A DNA stretch of 64,000 nucleotides, from assembly GCA_010909165.1 (NCBI GenBank), contig MU008180.1:991884-1055883 (forward strand), in the 5' to 3' direction. This DNA is from Anthoceros angustus. Lineage: Eukaryota; Plantae; Anthocerotophyta. Numbering within the stretch: the first letter of the stretch is position 1; every line of letters begins with the position of its first letter. The position numbers and the translations under genes were made by a program. The notes beneath the pieces are model-generated. The model was given only the letters and a program-made list of their open reading frames with translations, was not told the DNA's origin and did no database searches. This document shows positions 44,131-54,537 of this stretch, piece by piece.

Positions 44131-45536
44131 CCCAATTGCAGGCCTGTTGGTGTGAGAGTGATCTAACTTATCTGGACTTCGATTGCAGCCACATGTGTAT
44201 ATCTGAATTCGACTGGAGCCATGGAGCTCCTACAACACAACAGACGCACCGCAAACGCGCCCTTCAATAACCGGGTGCGTCGAAACACAGGCCTGCCCTG
44301 GCTTGTAACGTTTGAAGATTTTGATGGGGAAGTGGACAATGAAGCAAGTAGCGTGGCCTGGCTACGCAGGGGATGGCAGCAGCATCTGGTACGAGACCAT
44401 CTGCGATAATTTGTTTGAAATGTATTTGATACTTTGTTCCGGCTTGTTTCTCATTTATCGATTGGCAATTCAGGATAAAGCCGCCAGACTGCGCGCAAGA
44501 CAACTAAGATGTAGCGTTGTGGACGGAGGCCACTTCGGAAATAGTCCAAGTGAATTCGAAGCCAGGTTGCGCAAGAAAGTGCAATCCATGTACGTTTACT
44601 TAAGAGCATGAAGGAAGTGCAATCCGTGTACATTTAGTTAAGAAAACTTGATTCACATTAAAGTGCAGTTTATGTACGTACATATACACACGTTCTAGGG
44701 GCTGCGTGGCTGCGCTGGGGCTGAATCGGGACTGCGCTTGCCGGATTCAGCTTGCAGCAAGATAGAGCAGATGTGCACGTTTTTGTAACTTGTGATTGTG
44801 GAAGCACAGCTGGTGACCTGCGAGGCTCCGCGGGGACCCGAGGATCGATGCCGGCCTCGAGTAAATCAGCCAGAGGTAGCGTTGTCGCAGTGTATTTTCT
44901 CGTTTCAGCTGAATGTAAAGTAATGGCCTTGGATCAAGGGTAGTCCTGCCTGCGAGCGCATGATGTCTCCAGACAACACAACTCCAACATCCCTGCGACA
45001 ACTAGCAAGCAACAACTAGCAACTCTACTGGCAGAGATGCGGGCGGTTGAACACATTTCAAGAGGTGCTTTACAAGGCCATTCTGGAGTCTGGACAGTGA
45101 GGGCAGAAGACCGCGCCCCCGAGGGACGAAACACAGTTCTTGACCAAAACAAACCTGAACAAACAACCATAAGTTAGACACGGCAAACGCAAAAAGTGCT
45201 GGAGAATTGTGAACGGCATAGTTGAGCTGGCTATCATGAGCTCATGATCTCGGTGTGGGCTTGGAAATCAAGACTGCCTACCTGCACACGCCAAATGCTG
45301 GAGACTGACGGTGCTAATGCTCTCACGGCATGGCCACCTTAAATGTGTACATACTGCATCCTTCAGAGACTATCAGCCTCAAGATTAGTGGGCAGAAGGA
45401 CCACTTCCCTCCCACTTCGCGTTTTCACCTATGCCGCTTCACCTCAATTGCATCGCAGGAATCAGAAAATCTGCAGCCACTGTTGAAATCTTGGACTTGG
45501 TGGCCAGCAGCAAGAACGATGTGCCGTTATTGGAGT

Positions 45537-46154
45537 ATGGCAGCGAGTTTGGGTTTAATGGCTTGCTTGCTTGCGGTGGAGGCATCCGACCCCGAGCTCA
45601 CCACGGACTTCAAAGTGCCACCGGACTCAGAGGTGGACGGCAACTACTTCACCTTCACAGGCTTCCGCAATTTTGCGGCTGCTGAAGGCACTTTCTACTT
45701 CTCCAAGGCAAATCAGCACGTCTTTCCGGCTTTAAGAGGCCTTGGAGTCTCGTTTACGATGTTGCAGTACTTCCCCAACACGACAGATCCTGTGCACACA
45801 CACCCCCGCGGCACGGAGCTCTTGTACCTCCTCAACGGTACCATAAACGTGGGACTGGTGGACACCAACGGTAAGCTCTACACTCAGACTTTGCAACAGG
45901 GTGACGTGTTCGTGTTTCCCAAGGGCTTGATGCATTACCACATCAACTTGTCCACCAAAGTGGCCACATCCATCGCCGCCTACAGCAGCTCAAATCCCGG
46001 CACACTTTCTCTGTCCAAAGGGCTCTTGGCATCCGGAATCCCCAGCCTGGAGTTGGAGTTGGCGTTCAGGGCACCCGCGGAAGTGATTGCTCAGCTCGTA
46101 GCTCCTTGGAAGAACACCACCGCAGCTACCTCAATCTCTGACTCCTGCCGATAG
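45537..46154 (+). CDS. Germin-like protein (cupin), secreted, intronless
   Basis: Signal peptide then SDPELTTDF; germin box 1 VHTHPRGTELLYLLNG and box 2 GDVFVFPKGLMHYHIN with the three His and one Glu metal ligands; SSSNPGT. An alternative ATG lies at 45519. Confidence 0.92.
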   Translation: MAASLGLMACLLAVEASDPELTTDFKVPPDSEVDGNYFTFTGFRNFAAAEGTFYFSKANQHVFPALRGLGVSFTMLQYFPNTTDPVHTHPRGTELLYLLNGTINVGLVDTNGKLYTQTLQQGDVFVFPKGLMHYHINLSTKVATSIAAYSSSNPGTLSLSKGLLASGIPSLELELAFRAPAEVIAQLVAPWKNTTAATSISDSCR

Positions 46155-46410
46155 ATTCCTGGTAGGTTTTCTCGTCCTGTACTAGTCTATACTACCACAG
46201 ACTTTTCTAAGGCTCTAAGAAGCACTGCTACCGAAAGAATGACCATCATGATGTCTACACTGTACACAAATTCCTAGAGGCTGTGCGAAAAATCGGGTCA
46301 GTATGATACAGATGTCTGAACTTTTCAGCCAAAGCTGTATGGTCATTTGAATGACCGAAGGGACCGGCCCCTGCAAAGTAAAGCTCTGCTTGGAGTGTGT
46401 GAATGCATCC

Positions 46411-47083
46411 CTACAAGTACATCGCTCCCGCAACTCCCACAGCAGGGCCTGCCACAATGGTAGGTACCAGAATGTTGACGAAGGCACCAATCGGAGGTCC
46501 AATAAGCGGAATCTTCTTGACCGCACCTTTTGTCACGTGCACCACCAAGATGCCACCCAACATGAACAAGCCAAGACGCTTTCCTCTATCCAACGCCACC
46601 CGCTTCAGTATGTTCCTTGCAATCCTGTCAAACTGGCCGATGTTGATCGGCCGCTCGAGCGCAGCGCACTCCTCCAGCCGTAACGAGGCATCGATGTCCT
46701 CCTGAGTGACAGGCCTCAGGCAGAGCTTCCCTGCCTTAGGGTCCAGCTCTTGAGAAATTTTCTGTCACACCACAAACACAGAAAGACACGTCTAGACACA
46801 CGTCACGCCAGGGATAGGCATCGGAAGCTGGGAAGCAAACATTAAACCAGACTCCCACACGCACCTGCAGGAAGTATTCCAGCGCGGGAAGCAGCCGCTG
46901 CGGAGGCAGCAGGCTCACCGGGTGCGGCAACTGAAAGTGCATAAAAGCGGCCCGCAAGGCTGCGCTGTAGCGCGGGGACGCATCCAGGAGCCGGTCCACA
47001 GTCTCCGCCCAGCCCGGCACCTTTCCCTTGCCCCCGGCCAGCTGATGCTCGCTGCCATCATCCCCGCTCATCCCTCTAACCAT
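46411..47083 (-). CDS. Two-exon protein of unknown function (~190 aa) with a C-terminal hydrophobic hairpin
   Basis: Exon 47083-46865 ends FLQ|gt; acceptor tgacag at 46762 continues in frame KISQELDPKAGKL..RGKRLGLFMLGGILVVHVTKGAVKKIPLIGPPIGAFVNILVPTIVAGPAVGVAGAMYL, stop at 46411. Confidence 0.7.
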
Positions 47084-48290
47084 GTCTCCCGCCGCAGGTC
47101 AGGTCACACCACCGCGCTTCCCACCCTCGGCAGCTTCATGCACTCGTGCGTTGGCCGAACACGGTTACAGGACTTCCCAGAGCAGGGCAAGGCAAGAAGA
47201 GCTGCATCCCAAGACTCACGACTGCTTTTGCTATTACACCTCCGGAGCTGCTTCCAAGCGGGCGCCAGCAGTGCCGCGTACACACAATTCCCAGCATCCG
47301 AGCCTCCCAACGCCGACGGCAGGGACAAGTTTTTCTCAGGATAGGCTGTGCGTTGCGGGATCTACAATCCCCATCTCCTCCCGCGAGCTACTTTGCTGAC
47401 CAACACTTTGGAAGCAGCACCCTAGCTGCCTACGCACAAGAAACTGCTCGGGCGAACTGTCCTTCCACTAAAACCTTCGCTCGCAAATGTGAACATGACA
47501 TGACATAGACAATCTACCTAGAATAGCTAACAGGATTTTTGGGATTCACCTCTGGTACAAAGATATGGAACTTCCGAATGTCTAAGCTCTTTTATTTGAT
47601 TTTTTCATATAAATCTAAGATATACAGACCTACCTAGATATCTATATATCTAAAATATAACAAAATACAGCAAAAAGGTTGCTCTACGACCGTTATTCGG
47701 GTTTCGGCATGCAAGTCCCACATGACAACGAGAGTTGCTTTCCATATATACCGACAATTTAGTTACCATATCGTAACTTAGCAAATTTCATCACCCTTTC
47801 TTCATCTCAAATCGGGTTTTCACTTTACATGACATCTTGTTGTTGGTTAAGTTGTCGCGAATCTTGAGCCACAACCAGAGCTAGGCACTTCAACCGGCAT
47901 ACCACTTGCAAGATGAAACAAATAACAAGATAGTGCAAAAGGGTGGGTACGAATATGGATGATCAAAAGGTCAATAAGCCAGTGTAGCTTCATTCCTTGC
48001 TTCTGCAATCACTCTGTCAACTGCTCTAAAATATATGGAGAAGTAGCCTAAAGGGCTTCGTGGTCAGACATGTCACTTCAATTTTGGAGAAGGTGCTACT
48101 AATAAGGTCTCCACCATGATGTTTCTTTTGGCTGCCATACAGGTTTTATTCTTTCGCGGAAGCGACTTGTATTAGCTGAGATATGTGGTTCGGCTTGATA
48201 GATTCTTTTCAACGAAGCAATCTAGACTGTTGATCCAGAACAGTTCTAACGCTTTTTCAAGGACCCTTACCCACTACTAGTTTGGGAGCT

Positions 48291-48592
48291 CAGTTCGACT
48301 AGTTCAGTTCAATTCCAGACGAGGCGAATATCGAACTGAACCGCAATAGATTATACACAGTTTGGACCAACCGGGATGAAAAAAAAGTATTGCACATTTC
48401 GTTTTTATTAGTCACCAACGTCAACTTTACTTTTCATAATTGTCTGTCAGTTCAATTTTTTGTGCTTGTCTGAGAAGCCACTGTACATTTTGCTAGGCTG
48501 TCCAGGAGGATTTTCAAACTAAAATGTTCAAATCGAAACTAAGTTGTTCACTCCACATACGGTTCAAAGAATTGAACTATTGAGTTGAACTA
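48291..48592. mobile_element. Possible MITE-like relic with imperfect terminal inverted repeats
   Basis: Left cagttcgactagttcagttcaattc (48291-48315) versus reverse complement of 48569-48592, tagttcaactcaatagttcaattc; internal gaactgaac/gttca motifs; AT-rich and non-coding. No target-site duplication established. Confidence 0.35.
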
Positions 48593-50796
48593 ACATCAGC
48601 TTGATGGAATTGGCAATCCATAAGGGTCTTAAGAATGACTCTGACAACTTTCAATTACGAGTGCACGTAGTTCGATGGCTGTGAATCTAACTAGAAAGAC
48701 ATGCGAGCTGTGTGGATATGCAATAGGACCCTAAAGGGTACCATACCTTTTGCTTGGCAACACAGTTGGAGAACATTCGCAAAGGGAATTGGTACATTGG
48801 CCTCAAGCAGACGACCAGCCTCAAGTTTAAAACTCGAACTGTTGACCACTGACGCGGTCGGCGCGATGGGAGCAACGAGTGATGTGGCACTTAAGGCTAG
48901 TGTGGGCCTCTTCTACTAGGGGGCTACCAGACTTGGAGAGTGAGGGCGAGCTCATCAGTGGTGTATTCAAGCTGGGGGCTCGGCAAGCTATGGACTCGAA
49001 GTGTCGCAACGCTACAACGAGAGTCGCACCCCGCGTCAGTCAAGTTGAGAAGGGGAATGAGAGGTTCTGCACTACGAGTGACCTGAGCGGTGGTGGTGGG
49101 AAGAACGCTTTAACTACCACGCATCTTGTGGGAGGCTATAGTTTCCAAGCCCTACGGTGGCAAAATGAGACATTCCATAATTGCAAAGATATGAGCCGGA
49201 TCTACCCAAACGTCCCATCAATTTTGGGAGCTGAAGTTGCTCCTAGTGCACGTGGAGAGGCACCATGAGAGGTATTTGAGAACTTTCTTTCTGACCACAA
49301 GGACCAGTATGAACTATAGGGCCATGGTTTGTAAGCACTAAGTTTTCCAAGGGGGATGTTCAAGGTGGTAGCCTTAGGCTAGATGGACTTTTGTTGGCTA
49401 GAATAGGTTTACAGCTTAAGGTTGACAAACATGTGCAAAGAGTCTATATGGTTATCACATCATGACGGCTATGCTGCCTACGCGCGACAGTGAAGTAAAA
49501 GAGGAGTCCCAGACTATGGGGCCAGCTTTTCCTAGTCTTATATTTTCATATCAGAGTCGAGGTCAGCAAAGTTGGCTGACCGCAATGTGGTATGCGGAAA
49601 ATCCGTGAGAACAACCTTGCTAAGCCGCAGAGGCAAGCAAGGACGCGTCCTATCTTGCTGACCAGCATTTGTGGCTCATAGAAATGGGACTCAATTTAGC
49701 CACGTGGGCTGAGCACGGGACTGTGTGTGAGAAGCTAGGTGATAAGATGATGATGTAGCAAGATAGGGTGTTGGGGTCAGACTAAAATCTTAGAAATCGC
49801 GTGTTATTTATAGCCCCCAACTTAGCTAGTCAGCCAAGGTAGCATCAAATTTGGTTCATAGTTCAAACAAGTAGCCGTTTTCGGTATTCAGCCTATTATG
49901 TAGAGAAGTTGTTACAGTTTGCTAGTTATATTAAGATCATATCTTTGTGCGGGCTTTGCTAATATCTCAACTAAGTCTAAGAATTGCCTTTGACCGAGAG
50001 AATCCTTGGACAACTAGAGAGAAGGGAGCTTATAGAGTACTTTGTGCAGAATTGGAGAAGGCACCTGAATTGACACTTGAAGGAACGTTGAGGTACCAAT
50101 GGGGCGCAGAGCTGATACATGAACATCCGTGAGAATCGTGGCTCATGAGCAAAGGGTTTTGGTATTCCGAAGAGGTGAAAGTAAGATACTTGACAAAATG
50201 AATCTAGCTGACGAGTGAGTTAATAAAAATTATAGAACCTTTATACCTATACCTAGATATTATATAAAGAGTCTTGTATTTATGTCATATGCGCGCTTCC
50301 CTGCAAGACATTTTCTCAATAAACTTGAACTTGAAGCATACACACGTACCTAAGAAGGGCTCTTCCTATATTTTTTTCTTTAATAAAGTTTATATAAAAT
50401 ATTTTAAGTATGTATTTATTATATAGTATCCGTTTATTACATATATTGTAGCAGGACATTCGAGCACCAATCAAGTATACGAGGAATGAATCGGCAGTGA
50501 ATGAAAGGATCGGGGAAACGTAGCTTGCTTGGTGGGGCCGCTGTAATAGGAGCGGGGTTTTGTGTGAAGGGAAGCTCAGATCTGCGGACCTGCCACACTG
50601 GGGCCAGTCGGCTGCCAGATCTGAGGTTTTGGGCCCGAAGCGGCCGTGGCACCTCTGCCTGTGCTTCCTTTCCAGATCGTGCCGCGGGTGGTGCCGTCGC
50701 AGGCAAGGTTGAACTCCATGCTGGTCACTCTATTTTGCAGCTTTGCCAACAGATCTGATGCTCAAACAATAGGGGTTTTTCTTGCAGGTTGAAGCC

Positions 50797-53664
50797 ATGG
50801 ACAAAACGTGCAGCTTGCTCGTCCATTTTGACAAGGGTACTCCAGCTCTTGCCAATGAGATCAAGGAGGCGCTGGAAGGCAATGATGTGCAGCGGAAAGT
50901 GGACGCGATGAAGAAGGCCGTGATGTTGCTGCTCAATGGTGAAATTTTACCTCAGCTGTTCATCACGATCGTGAGATATGTGTTGCCCTCAGAAGACCAC
51001 ACTGTGCAGAAGCTGCTGCTTCTGTATCTGGAGATAATCGACAAGACTGACTCGCAGGGGAAGATATTGCCGGAAATGATTCTCATTTGCCAGAACCTGA
51101 GGAACAACCTGCAGCACCCGAACGAGTATATAAGAGGTGTCACTCTCCGTTTTCTCTCCAGGTTGAATGAGGCGGAGCTCATCGAGCCCTTGATCCCGTC
51201 GATTGTGACCAACTTGGAACATCGACATGCATTTGTAAGGCGGAATGCCATCCTAGCCATCATGTCAATCTACAAGCTTCCACAGGGTGAGCTTCTCCTA
51301 GTTGATGCGCCCGATCTGATTGAGAAAGTGTTGTCAACAGAGCAGGATTTGTCAGCTCGACGGAATGCGTTTCTCATGCTGTACAACTGTGCCCAGCAAA
51401 GGGCGGTGAACTATCTTTTGAGCCACTTGGAGGCTGTCCCTAACTGGGGAGACCTTCTGCAGATGGTTGTTCTTGAACTGATCAGGAAGGTTTGCAGAAC
51501 TAACCCAGGTGAGAAGGGGAAGTATATCAAGATCATCCTGTCTCTGCTCAACTGCCCCTCCTCAGCTGTGATGTATGAGTGCGCAGGGACTCTTGTGTCA
51601 CTGTCCTCTGCACCCACTGCAATCAGAGCCGCTGCAAATACCTACTGTCAGCTGCTCCAGTCCCAGAGTGACAACAATGTGAAGCTGATAGTCCTGGACC
51701 GGCTGCAGGAGCTCAAGGCTGCACACAGGGAAGTTATGGTGGACATGATTATGGATGTCCTGAGGGCGTTGTCCAGTCCCAATCTTGATATTAGAAGGAA
51801 GACTTTAGATATTGCGCTGGATCTGATCACACCGAGAAACATTGATGAGGTGGTGTTGACTCTGAAAAAGGAGGTTGTGAAGACACAAAGCAAGGAGCTG
51901 GAGAAGAATGGGGAGTACAGGCAAATGCTGGTTCAGGCTATTCACTCATGCGCCATTAAGTTCCCTGAAGTGGCATCTAGCGTTGTGCATCTTCTGATGG
52001 ACTTTTTAGGCGACTCAAACACTGCATCAGCCATTGATGTTGTTTTCTTCGTGAGGGAGATAATTGAAACCAACTCAAAGCTCCGGGAGTCCATTATTGC
52101 CAGGTTGCTCGACATTTTCTATCAGATCCGTGCTTCAAGAGTTTGTACCTGTGCGCTCTGGATTATTGGAGAGTACTGCTTTTCAGCCTCAGAAGTTGAG
52201 GCAGGCATTTTGACAATAAAGCAATCGCTTGGTGAGTTGCCTCTATACACAGCTACAGAGGAGGGTGATACTGTGGATTCATCAGTCACAAAGTCATCTG
52301 CTGGTGCGGGGCGTGTTCCTCCTGCCTTGTCCGTGTCTACTGCGTCATCCAAGAGACCTGCAGTTCTTGCGGATGGAACATATGCGTCTCAGAGCGCTGC
52401 TGTGGAGATAGCAAACACAGCGCCGACTGCTTCGCTAGGGGAGTCTTTGGTTGCGAACCTGAGGTCAATTCTTCTTACTGGTGATTTTTTCTTGGGGGCT
52501 GTGGTGGCAACTACCCTGACGAAGTTGGTATTGCGGCTGGAAGAGCTTCAGCCGTCGAAGGTGGCCTTGAATAGAGCCACAGCTGATGTTCTCCTTATTT
52601 TGGTTTCAATTCTGAGGCTTGGGCAATCATCAGCTTTGCCCCATCCTACTGACAATGATTCATCCAACAGAATCAGTCTCTGCATACGAATCCTTGCAAG
52701 CAGGGATAAGGTGATGAAGGCAGTCTGGCTTCAGGAATGCCGTGCAAGTTTTGTGAAAATGATCGTAGAAAAGCAGCAGTCTGAAACAGAAGAGACCAAG
52801 GCGAAGGCCCAAGTGAGCAACGCGCAGCCAGATGATCTGATTGACTTCTACCACCTCAAGAGCAGGAAGGGCATGAGCCAGCTGGAACTTGAAGATGAGG
52901 TCCAAACAGACCTGAAGCGAGCTACCGGGGAGTTCACCAAGGTAGCTGACAACACGAGAAAGCTGAACAGGGTGCTGCAGCTTACTGGGTTCAGTGATCC
53001 GGTGTATGCAGAAGCTTATGTTATGGTTCACCAGTACGATATTGTTTTGGATGTGACTGTTGTGAATCGCACCGCAGAGACTCTGCAGAACCTGTGTCTG
53101 GAGCTGGCAACCATGGGTGACCTCAAGCTTGTGGAGCGTCCTCAAAACTACACTCTTGCTGCAGGTTCAAGTAAACAAATCCGGGCCAACATCAAGGTCT
53201 CATCTACAGAGACAGGAGTCATCTTTGGCAACATTGTGTACGAGTCCACAAGTGTGCTGGATCGGAACGTGGTGGTTCTGAATGACATCCACATTGACAT
53301 CATGGACTACATCTCACCAGCTTCTTGTCCAGATGTGGCCTTCAGAAACATGTGGGCTGAGTTTGAGTGGGAGAACAAGGTCGCCGTGAACACAAGTATC
53401 ACAGATGTCCAGGAGTTTTTGAGTCACATTGTGGCATCAACCAACATGAAATGCCTCACTCCGGCATCTGCCCTCCAGGAGCACTGCGGGTTCCTGGCTG
53501 CCAACCTCTATGCCAAAAGCGTATTCGGTGAAGACGCCCTGGTGAATGTCAGTGTGGAGCAGCAACCGGACGGGAAGCTGAGCGGCTACATCCGAATCAG
53601 AAGCAAAACACAGGGCATAGCTCTGAGTCTGGGTGACAAGATCACCCTGAAGCAAAAAGGCTGA
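50797..53664 (+). CDS. COPB1: Coatomer subunit beta (beta-COP); coding region intronless, probable 5'-UTR intron
   Basis: 955-aa ORF: MDKTCSLLVHFDKGTPALANEIKEALEGND, LQHPNEYIRGVTLRFL, QLTGFSDPVYAEAYV, FRNMWAEFEWENKVAVNT, IRIRSKTQGIALSLGDKITLKQK. Acceptor-like cttgcag at 50781-50787. Confidence 0.97.
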   Translation: MDKTCSLLVHFDKGTPALANEIKEALEGNDVQRKVDAMKKAVMLLLNGEILPQLFITIVRYVLPSEDHTVQKLLLLYLEIIDKTDSQGKILPEMILICQNLRNNLQHPNEYIRGVTLRFLSRLNEAELIEPLIPSIVTNLEHRHAFVRRNAILAIMSIYKLPQGELLLVDAPDLIEKVLSTEQDLSARRNAFLMLYNCAQQRAVNYLLSHLEAVPNWGDLLQMVVLELIRKVCRTNPGEKGKYIKIILSLLNCPSSAVMYECAGTLVSLSSAPTAIRAAANTYCQLLQSQSDNNVKLIVLDRLQELKAAHREVMVDMIMDVLRALSSPNLDIRRKTLDIALDLITPRNIDEVVLTLKKEVVKTQSKELEKNGEYRQMLVQAIHSCAIKFPEVASSVVHLLMDFLGDSNTASAIDVVFFVREIIETNSKLRESIIARLLDIFYQIRASRVCTCALWIIGEYCFSASEVEAGILTIKQSLGELPLYTATEEGDTVDSSVTKSSAGAGRVPPALSVSTASSKRPAVLADGTYASQSAAVEIANTAPTASLGESLVANLRSILLTGDFFLGAVVATTLTKLVLRLEELQPSKVALNRATADVLLILVSILRLGQSSALPHPTDNDSSNRISLCIRILASRDKVMKAVWLQECRASFVKMIVEKQQSETEETKAKAQVSNAQPDDLIDFYHLKSRKGMSQLELEDEVQTDLKRATGEFTKVADNTRKLNRVLQLTGFSDPVYAEAYVMVHQYDIVLDVTVVNRTAETLQNLCLELATMGDLKLVERPQNYTLAAGSSKQIRANIKVSSTETGVIFGNIVYESTSVLDRNVVVLNDIHIDIMDYISPASCPDVAFRNMWAEFEWENKVAVNTSITDVQEFLSHIVASTNMKCLTPASALQEHCGFLAANLYAKSVFGEDALVNVSVEQQPDGKLSGYIRIRSKTQGIALSLGDKITLKQKG

Positions 53665-54537
53665 TGACTGCCAACAGAGGCGAAGGCAGCCAAGCCCGGG
53701 CAAAGATGGGTTCACTTAGAGTCGGTAGTGTCGACCCATCTGTTTCTTTTGCATGTCTTAGGAGACAATTTTTTCAGCAGTATTGTGAATGCTCCAACGT
53801 TGAAGCACTGGACGTGAGGTAGAGTTCAAGTTACGCTCATAGGCCAGGCTTTTGATGCGCATAGTTGTTTCTACGTTGGATCTCTTGAGCATGTATTTCA
53901 GTGAATCACTGTTGTAAATGCTCCAACTTTGCAGCACTGGAAGTGAGAGCATCTTCCTGTCTGGAATCATCCTGCACCCCCATTGGCTGGAGAAACAACA
54001 TGGTAAACCAGAGAGAGTTGGTTGGCCGCAGAATCGGCCCTGGGTAAGCACGTGTTCAACCACCCAAGTTATTAGGGCATGGTCAAGGTTGGTGTCGCGT
54101 GGTTCCATGCTGCTGCCGGGATCGTCCATGGAGCATGCTGCTTGCCATGGCCGTTGGGCTGACTGTCATATAGATTGAAAGGAACAGAGCATCCGGGACC
54201 GCTGCATACCAGTTAACCACTGTCCCGGGTCACAGCCTGATTCCGAGCCAATAACCATCGGGGCTGCGTCCGCGGCTTCAGGCGCTGTCCCCTTTTGCTC
54301 GCATCTCTGCCACGATCCTCGCTTCCGCTGCCTTGTGATACCGTCTCGTGAATCGGCTCTCGTTCCTACCGTCTCGGACGCTGTCGCCTTGTCTGGCCCC
54401 GCGCGCACCTTTGGCCTCGGCATCCTTCGCCGCGGCTGCTTCTCTCGCCTCGCATTCTTCCCGTCCATCCTGCCCGGCCTGTTTGCTTTGCTTTGCTTTG
54501 CCTGCCTGTTGCTGCAGCTGAGGCGAGCGGCTCCGCC

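Noticed and set aside
45537-46154. Germin-like protein as a novel enzyme
   Set aside because: Both germin boxes and all metal ligands are canonical; it is an ordinary family member.
47520-50450. Short ORFs in the AT-rich gap (48701-48919, 48879-49268, 49947-50132)
   Set aside because: Probably decayed TE sequence, but I could not recognise any RT, integrase or transposase motif to support a call.
53758-54129. Minus-strand 123-aa ORF with in-frame repeat PVLQSWSIYN / PVLQRWSIHN (129-bp period, 53784 and 53913) as a peptide-hormone precursor
   Set aside because: No signal peptide, no CLE/RGF/CIF consensus, and it lies antisense in the beta-COP 3' / HDR promoter gap; the DNA repeat alone explains it.
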